This document shows, piece by piece, positions 55,120-64,000 of a stretch of DNA of 64,000 nucleotides (within the stretch, counting starts at the first letter, position 1; each line of letters opens with the position of its first letter). The notes beneath the pieces are model-generated. The model saw only the letters and a list, made by a program, of their open reading frames with translations. It was not told where the DNA came from and did no database searches. This DNA is from the human T2T-CHM13v2.0 reference genome, Homo sapiens: the NCBI RefSeq assembly GCF_009914755.1, contig NC_060929.1. One strand, 5' to 3'. The position numbers were made by a program, and so were the translations under genes.

Positions 55120-55460
55120 GAATTTATGGAGTCCTTTCTAAGTGCAGTCACAATGCTGACTATGAATTATCTTAATTTATTTGAGCAGTAACACTGTGAG
55201 GTAGGTACTATGATTATCACCATTTTACAGATGAGGAATGTAAATCATAGTAACGTAAAGTTATCTAAGGATCCAAGGCTAGGACATGATAGGGTCTACA
55301 TGAACCCCAGGTTTCTCTGATCCTTCAGCATTGTGATGAAGCAACACTGGTGGCATAGCTTGGGAAGCAAAAGTTCATGCTTGGGCATCAAATGGACCTC
55401 AATTCACATCTCGGCTCCACCAGTTACTGGCTGTATGATATTTGGCTTAGCCCACTACAC
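55120..55460. mobile_element. Two MIRs head-to-head (~55120-55325 minus; ~55345-55460 plus)
   Basis: gtgaggtaggtactatgattatcaccattttacagatgagga (antisense core); ctcggctccaccagttactggctgtatga (sense). Confidence 0.7.
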
Positions 55461-55774
55461 TGTACAGACGAACCACAGAAATGTTTATTTCATAAGGAAC
55501 AGATTTAAGTATTATGATTTTCTATGTTGATACATGCTTATAAATTGAATTATAGCTTCCAAAGTCCCAAGAAAGAGTGAGCATAAAAGAATTAGGTGTC
55601 AATCTCTAAAGGCAACATGTGAAATGAAATCTTACCAATCAGGAGGATAGAAAGAAATTTTCTAATTTCTCTTATCTCTTCAGAATGGATATGCCACTTA
55701 TATTTGTAATTTTTTAACTTCAAAGCTACTTCTCCTGTTATATCTTTTAAAGGTAAATATGTTTTTCATGTTGT

Positions 55775-56224
55775 TTTCTTTTTCTCACTTTTTTTCAACT
55801 TTTAAGTTCAGGGGTAGGTGTGCAGGATGTGCAGGTCTGTTACATAAGTCAACGTGTACCATGGTGGTTTGCTGCACAGGTAATCCCATCACCCAGGTAT
55901 GAAGCTCAGTATTCATTAGCTATTCTTCCTGATCTCCTCTCTCCTCCTACCCTCTGCCCTCTGACAGGCCCCAGTGTCTGTTGTTCCACCTCATGTGCCC
56001 CTATGTTCTCATCCCTTTAGCTCCCACTTATAAGTGAGAACATGCAGTATTTGGTTTTCCCTTCTTGTATTAGTTTGCTAAGGATAATGGCCTCCAGCTC
56101 CATCTATATCCCTGCAAAGGACATGATCTCATTCCTTTTTATGGCTGCATAGTATTCCATGATGTTTATTTACCACATTTTCTTTATCCAGTCTATCATT
56201 GACAGGCATTTAGGTTGATACCAC
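55775..56224 (-). mobile_element. L1PA (about PA8-13) 3' end
   Basis: ttttaagttcagggg...gtgcaggatgtgcagg...ctcccacttataagtgagaacatgcagtatttgg...tttatggctgcatagtattccat. Confidence 0.92.
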
Positions 56225-57323
56225 ATTTTCTAGGAAGAAATCTCTTATCGATTTAATTATAACTTTGAATCAGGCTCTAGATAAGCTATCTGTCATGTCA
56301 ATGTAGGGTTTCATTTTCAATTTGGACACAGTATTTTAGTACTAGTTGTGTGCTGATTTGGAATAGATGCAGAAAATTCAGAATGTAATTTAAGAACAAG
56401 CCATTTTAAAAATAAACTTGAGAAGATGAGTGAAAAATGACAGTCAGTTGTTTGAGTCCACTACTTGCACAACAGAATTGTGATTTCTTTAAAAGACCAA
56501 TTTACTAAGTTGATCTATGTGTCATATATGCTAAGGTAGGAAAACAAAAACGAATGGTTAATAAACCCGATTCTTCAGCAGTCTTTTCACTTCCCATTCA
56601 GAAAATAAGTCAAGACAAACTAGAGAATCTGCGAAGAATGCCAAGGTGCCACTGCAGAGTCAGCAGATAAGTCATTTTGTTAATTGGATATAACTTTTGA
56701 CATCTTACATACTTCTTTTCACATTCCTGTTATGTATCAAAGGCAAATGTGGCTAGTCCATCCTTGCCCAGTCACTCAGTTTGGGCTTTTTTATTAATTC
56801 CTAGAGCATTACACAATGATGACAAGCTAATTTTTGCCTAGTGATTTACTATTAACAGTACTTCCATGTACCACATGGTACTTGAGTCTCAAAATTACCT
56901 ATTTTACAAAGAAGGACACAGATGTTTAAAACATGAGTTGTGCAAGGTCATAAGCACACTAGTGAGGAATTATAGAATACTATACCTACTCCATGAATAT
57001 TGCAGTCATTATTTGGTCTGTCTTATCCTCTCTTCCTTTTTCTCCTCTGACCATCCCTTACTCTTTCTGCATATACAGATAAATGGATATAGAGATAGCA
57101 ATAAAATTAAAGATATAGATGTCTGTGTGTGTTCTGTATGAGTGTATGCACTTTATTCAATTAAAATGAATAAAGTTGTATAGAAGTAAAAATATACTTT
57201 AGGTACTAGTTAAGTTCCATGAAAGGAATTTTTACAGTGTCATACCACTAAAAGTTGCATTTTCATACTATACTTCTGAATTTGAATACAGAAACACAGT
57301 ATTTGTTACATAAGATATACACA

Positions 57324-57917
<594 letters not shown>

Positions 57918-57963
<46 letters not shown>
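57918..57963. repeat. (CA)n microsatellite in place of the Alu tail
   Basis: About 22 uninterrupted CA units. Confidence 0.97.
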
Positions 57964-57965
<2 letters not shown>

Positions 57966-58204
57966 ATAAAATATATATATTTATGTTATGCATATATACA
58001 TATACTTATATATTATTTGAATCAGGCTCCAGATAGGTTTTCTGTCATACAGATGTAGGATTTCACTTTCAATTGGGACACAGTATTTTAGTACTAGTTG
58101 TGTGCTAACTTAGAACTGATGCAGAAAATGCAGAATATAATTCAAAGAACAAGTCATTTTTAAAATCGAACTGAGAAGGTAACCAAAAACTAAAGGTCAG
58201 TAAA

Positions 58205-58249
58205 TTTATATCTAAGTATATATATATATACATATATATATATATACAC

Positions 58250-58283
<34 letters not shown>

Positions 58284-59360
58284 GCACACATACACACACA
58301 CTTACATTCATATATAAGTATACATGTGTATTTATACATACATTTACATATATGTATATTTATATATGTATATGCATACATACATATATGAATGTAAATA
58401 TACATGTATTGGCGAAAAAAATGATGGTGGTTTTTGCTGGCATCTTTAATGGCAAAAACAATTATTTTTACACCAACCTAATATATGCATATATTTACAT
58501 ATATAAATATTTACATATATTTGTGTAAGTATATTTATATATGCATATACACATATTCATATGTGTATATACACATATATTTGTATATGTATGAATATAT
58601 GTATACCAATATAGGTATACATATTATATATTATGCAAATACATATCAATATATCATATATTTTATATATGTATACATATAAATTTATAATATGTATTTA
58701 TATGTATATTATGTATTTATATGTATATTACTGTGTAATATGTATACCTATATTGGTATTCATATATTTATATGTATACAAAAATATGTGTATATGTACA
58801 CATATATACATATATGAATATGTGTACATATTTATATACCCATATACATGTGTATATATACATACATACCTATATATACACATGTATACATAGGTATACA
58901 TATTTATATACCTATATATGTATGTATACACACATATATACATATTTATATACCTATATATGTATGTATACACACATATATACATATTTGTATACCTATA
59001 TATAGGCATGTATATATATACACATTTGTATAGCTATATACACATGGGTATATATAGGTATATAAATATGTACACATATACAAAATATATGTATATCTAA
59101 ACATATATGGAATACATGTAAATATGTATACCTATACAGGTTTATACATATAAAAATATGTGTATATTTTATATATACATACATATACCTATATAGCTGT
59201 ACATATTTATATGTATTCTATACATATATGTATGCATACAGATATATAATACATGTAAATATATTTATATTACAGATATATAATACATGTAAATATATTT
59301 ATATTTGTGTGTATATTTGTATATGCACCCACATATATGTACAACACTCACATATATAGA
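58205..59360. repeat. ~1.15-kb TA-rich low-complexity tract with 42-bp and 34-bp tandem sub-repeats
   Basis: Direct reading; explains all Y/I/M/H/T-rich ORFs at 58105-59184. Confidence 0.95.
58404..58481. mobile_element. MADE1 (Hsmar1-derived MITE)
   Basis: ttggcgaaaaaaatgat...gtttttgc...taatggcaaaaacaatta...ttttacaccaacctaa; ~80-bp degenerate palindrome flanked by TA. Confidence 0.8.
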
Positions 59361-59553
59361 GTGTGATTAATTGTGGAGAATAAATAACCATAACAAAATT
59401 CCTAAAGCCCCTATAGTAGACATAACCACAACTCCCACTTAAAAATTTTAAAAGCAGTAACATTTTGGCAATGAAGACCAGGCTATGTGGCTTTCCTCTC
59501 TTTGGAAAATACAGGCACATCATCCACCATGTGCATGTACACATCTGTGTATG

Positions 59554-60902
59554 TTTATTAGTTGGTTTTCACACTGCTATAAGGTCACACCTGTGACTGG
59601 GTAATTTATAAAGAAAAAATCTTTAATTGACTCACAGTTCCACGTGGCTGAGGAGGCCTTAGGAAACTTACAATCATGGTGTAAGGGGAGGCAGGCATGT
59701 CTTACATGGTGGCATGCAAGAGAGAGAGTGTGTAGGAAGAAAAGGGGGAAGATCCCTTATCAGATCTCATAACTCACTCACTATTAAGAGAACAGCATGG
59801 AGGAAACTGCCTTCATGATCCAACTCATCTCCCACCAGATCCCTCCCTCAACGCCTGGGGATTACAATTTGAGATGAGATTTGGGTGAGAACACACAGCC
59901 AAACCATACCATTCTGCCCCTGGCCCCTCCCAAATCTCATATCCTGACATTTTACGATCAATCATGCATTCCCAACTATCCCCCAAATTCTTAACTCATT
60001 TCAGCATTAATTTGAAAGTCAATAGTCCAAAGTCTCATCTGAGACAAGGCAAGTCTCTTTTGCCTACGAGCCTGTAAAATCAAAAGCAAGTTAGTTACTT
60101 CCTAAATACAATGGGGGTACAGGCATTGGGTAAATACTCCCAACCCAAACTGGAGAAATTGGCCAAAACAAAGGGGCTACAGGCCCCATGCAAGTCTGAA
60201 ATCTTCCAGGACTGTCACTAAATCTTAAAGCTCTGAAATGATCTCCTTTATCTCCATGTTTCACATCCAGGTCATGCTGACGCAAGAGGGGGGCTTCCAT
60301 GGTCTTGGGCAGCTCTGCCCCTGTGGCTTTGCAGGGTACAGTCCCCCTCCCAGCTGTTTCCCCAGGCTGGTTTTGAGTGTCTGTGGCTCTTCCAGGAACA
60401 TGGTTCAAGCTGTCAGTGGATCTACCATTCTGGCATCTAGAGGAAGGTGGTCCTCTTCTCACAGCTCCACTAGGCAGTGCCCCAGTGGGAACTCTGTGTG
60501 AGGGCTCCAACCACACTCCTTATACCAATTAACTGTATTTGTCTGTTTTCACACTCCTATAAAGAAATACCTGAGACTGGATAATTGATAAATAAAATAC
60601 GTTTAATTGACTCACAGTTCTGCATGGCTGGAGAAGCCTCAGGGAACTTACAATCATGTCAGAAGGAGAAGAAGGCACACCTTACATGGTGGCAGGCAAG
60701 AGACAGCGTGTGTCAGAAGTGAAGGGGGAAGAGCCCCTTATAAAACCATCAGATCGCTTGAGAATTCAGTCACTATCACAAGAATGGCATGGAGGAAACC
60801 GCCCCCATGATCCAATCACCTCCTACCAGGTCTCTCCTTCAACACCTGGGAATTACAATTTGAGATGAGATTTGAGTAGGAACTCAAAATCAAACCATAT
60901 CA
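59554..60902 (-). mobile_element. THE1D/MSTA-class provirus with an internal deletion (LTRs 59554-59911 and 60534-60902; internal 622 bp)
   Basis: Two homologous LTRs; THE1/MST internal (ttctgcccctggcccctcccaaatctcat...); ORF 60091-60516 is the MaLR internal ORF remnant; possible TSD GTTTA at 59553-59557 and 60903-60907. Confidence 0.92.
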
Positions 60903-61189
60903 GTTTATTCTCCATACAGTTCTTCAGTGCTTTATTTCAAGGGTTCTCAAGATCCTCCATTTTCCTTTAGGTATTTGTTATCTTCCCCTCCAGCATGATA
61001 AATTTGTTTTATTTATGTATTCCCCCAAATGGGTTTAGCATGGAAATAGAATTTGAAAGCTGACACTCTGCAAATTTGATTTTATAAAAAGTTTGATCTG
61101 TAATACCTCCCTCACCTAATGGTTTCATCATGATTCAATGGCCCTCAGTTCTTAGCAGTAAAAATGGGTTACATGGTTTGGTAGTCACT

Positions 61190-61581
61190 GGTGTTGCAAA
61201 ATATGTCATCTCTCCCTGACCAGGTACATCGGAGCATTTCCAGCCCTGGCTCATTTTTTAATGGGCAGAGCTACATAACCAGTTCTGGCTAAGAAGTTGT
61301 GAGGGATGAAAAAAAAATTATATAACTTTTGGGCTAAGCATTTTGTTGCTTGATGCATAACCTCCAAGCCTGAATTTTTCCGTGCTGCAGAATCTGGCGA
61401 AAGACCAGGTGGTAAAGTGTCCATCACGCAGGGCCCTAAGTGACAGTGTGGAGCACAGCTATCTGCTGACCCACAACGGACACACGGAGGGAATGAGAAG
61501 TAACATGTGATTCTTTTAGGCCACTGAGATTTGAGGGCTGTATGCTATCACAGCACATTTTAGCCCAGCCTAATCAACACA
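61190..61581 (+). mobile_element. MLT1H/I-like LTR
   Basis: catttccagccc...ccagttctggc...gccactgagatttgagggctg...cacagcaca...cctaatcaacaca. Confidence 0.7.
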
Positions 61582-63443
61582 GATGCTATGAATGATGAAA
61601 AATACTAATTTTATAAACTATGTGGATATCTCTCTTAGAGCACAAATAAAAATACATCTATTATCTCATCAATACAAAAGTATGTTTATAAAATGGGCTA
61701 GAGATGCCCTAATACTTTTCATTACTTTCTGCTTCTATGTTAATACCCAGGATATATCCTTGGTTATCAAAATTCTTTTTTCCCATATTCTCAAATATAA
61801 AATTTTCTCTTTGTCAAACATATTTCATATGGAGAAACACCATAACCTATATTTAGTGTGGGGTAAAATCTGTCCAATGTATACTAGCTTGAAAAATGTC
61901 TGTCAAACCCAATAAACTTTGTAATTCCATTCATGAGGCAATGGTGTTTAATCTTTGCATAATTTGTAATTTTTTTAGTGATACTAAGTCATCCAGAAGG
62001 AAAAAAAATAGCCTACTAAATTATTCTGAAACTATACAGTAACTTTTACTTAAATATTTTATAATATTTTTCCTTATCTCAGTTATAGTAAAGAGCATTA
62101 TGATAGGAAAAAAATATATATCTTGGTGTGGATCTCAATGAGAAATGTTAAAAATTCCTAAGTCATTGAGACAACATACATAATATACAAACAAATATTA
62201 CTAGCTGCATGAGTTCAGAAGCACCTATTGTACAGTTATATAAATTATATAAGTATATATATTACGTAATTGATTTTATAAAATATATGTAATTGATTTT
62301 ATAAAAAGTATAATCATACTGTATATTACATATTATATACAGGATATATCTGTATTTATATATTAATATTATTACATAGAATATACATTGTCGTTGTCAT
62401 TGTTATTGAGAAGAATTTAAAAGCCATAATTCTTCTTGAAATCATTTAGGTTTCTGTGACGAGCTGGTGGTAAAACAAGAGCCCATTTTAACGCCCTCTG
62501 TTTAAATTGCTCTTCCTTTGTATAGCGGAAGCTATGAATTTCTTGTAGAATTTCTTAACAGAAAAAATGTCCCACAAGATGTGTATGTGTTTTCTGAGAA
62601 GCAGAAGGAGAATTTATCACCTATGTCAGACAGTAGATGTGAGTAGGTCTCTTGCGGGTAGCTGAGTCTGAGCAAGGGCCTCCCCAAGATGATACCAACC
62701 AGAACAGAAAACTTGGCTTTGATGTGGCCCATTGCCAAACATTGTTCCTTATCCCTGTGAAGCATTCCCTTTTCTCTTCCCCACTCTGACTTTTAAGTAG
62801 CATGCTGTCCAGCCTTGATTTGGATCTACCACTTATTTTGCAGTATTTTTTTAAAATACAGAATCACAGAGTTCTGTGCTTTCAGATGCTCCACAAGCAA
62901 ATCTGATGAAAGAGCACACAGGTTTGGAATAAGACCTTCAATCCAAACAACAATAACTATAATAATATTAATAACTCTCTAATGTGGGGATTTTACTACA
63001 TTGCTGGCCAGAGAGAAAAATATTTTGGCATTTTTAAATATATGTATGTATATTTTACAGATATTTTGTGATCTTTTAAATAACACTTATGAATGTTCAC
63101 CTGTCCCTCTGAGAGACCACACCAACCACATACAGAGTGTTATATGAGCATTGGTATTTGTACTAGTGTTAGTGATATTTATTCTGGAAGCAAGGACAGT
63201 CTACCTCATTCACTCAATGACATTTTTGTATTCCATAGAAAAATGGTTCTTAAACTTATATTCTTAAGTGTTACCTGTGAACTTTGTTAATATGCAGTGT
63301 CAAGGCCACAGCTTCTAGAAAAACTGATTCAGAAGTGTGCAACTAAGTAATTTGCACCTTTGATTACTCCTGAGAAGTTTCTGATCCAAGTGGACCATGA
63401 CTCCCAATGTTACAGCCAGACACAAGTTCTGAAAAAAGCTATC

Positions 63444-63809
63444 TGCTATGGGGTGAATGTTCCCTCCAAAACTTGTTGAAATTTAATTGCCATTGTAACA
63501 GTATTAAGAGATGGCCTTTAAAGGATGATTAGGTCATGTGGATGAGCCTTCACGAATAGATTAATGCCATTACCACAGGAGTGCGTTAGTTATCTTGGAA
63601 GTAGGTTCCTAGTAAAAACATAAGTTCAGCCCCATTTCTCTATGCCTCGAATGGTTGCTTCTTCCTTCTGTCATGGGATAACCCTCACTAGATGCCAGCA
63701 CCATGGTCTTTGACTTTTCAGCCTCCAGAACTGTGAGCCAAGTAGACATCTACTGTTTATAAATTACCCAGTGCTATTTTGTCATAGCAGCAAAAAATGG
63801 ACTAGGACA
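63444..63809 (+). mobile_element. MSTB/C-like solo LTR
   Basis: tgctatggggtgaatg...cagcctccagaactgtgagc...aatggactaggaca; 5-bp TSD CTATC at 63439-63443 and 63810-63814. Confidence 0.92.
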
Positions 63810-64000
63810 CTATCTGATGGTAGTGGTTCTCTCCTTTCAAAAAGAGATGGATCTAGGTGAAGAGTTGTATGAAGTCATATTTCTCTGTCATTATCTGGGC
63901 ATCCTGGAGAATCTATAATATATGAAAGAGGATAAATAACCTCAATGCATTCAAAGAATAAAAACTCATAGAGTTTAGTGTCAAAGGGACCTAGGCTTAT

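Noticed and set aside
58105-59184. Many Y/I/M/H-rich ORFs
   Set aside because: Translations of the TA/CA low-complexity tract

Overview
This is AT-rich, CpG-depleted primate genomic DNA. Alu J/S, an LTR12 and a young L1PA2/L1HS-like insertion point to human or another great ape. I find no credible protein-coding gene, tRNA, rRNA or CRISPR array; the ORF track is explained by repeats and low-complexity sequence. The window is a dense layering of transposable elements: L1, L2, MIR, Alu, more than 20 LTR/ERV pieces (MaLR, ERVL, ERV1/ERV9) and DNA transposons (MER47A, MER58, MADE1). It also holds a 5'-truncated RPS23 processed pseudogene. The most notable observations are: (1) a 1.8-kb LTR12 solo LTR with an expanded higher-order CCAAT array, followed by a well-formed candidate non-coding exon in a CpG-retaining patch; (2) a young L1 with mixed subfamily diagnostics; (3) an L1MA element that keeps both ends but has lost ORF1 internally; (4) an unexplained ~185-bp local duplication; (5) several nested insertions with intact TSDs. 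I see no evidence for a new multi-gene biological system. Subfamily names come from remembered consensus sequences, not a RepeatMasker run, and boundaries without TSDs are approximate.
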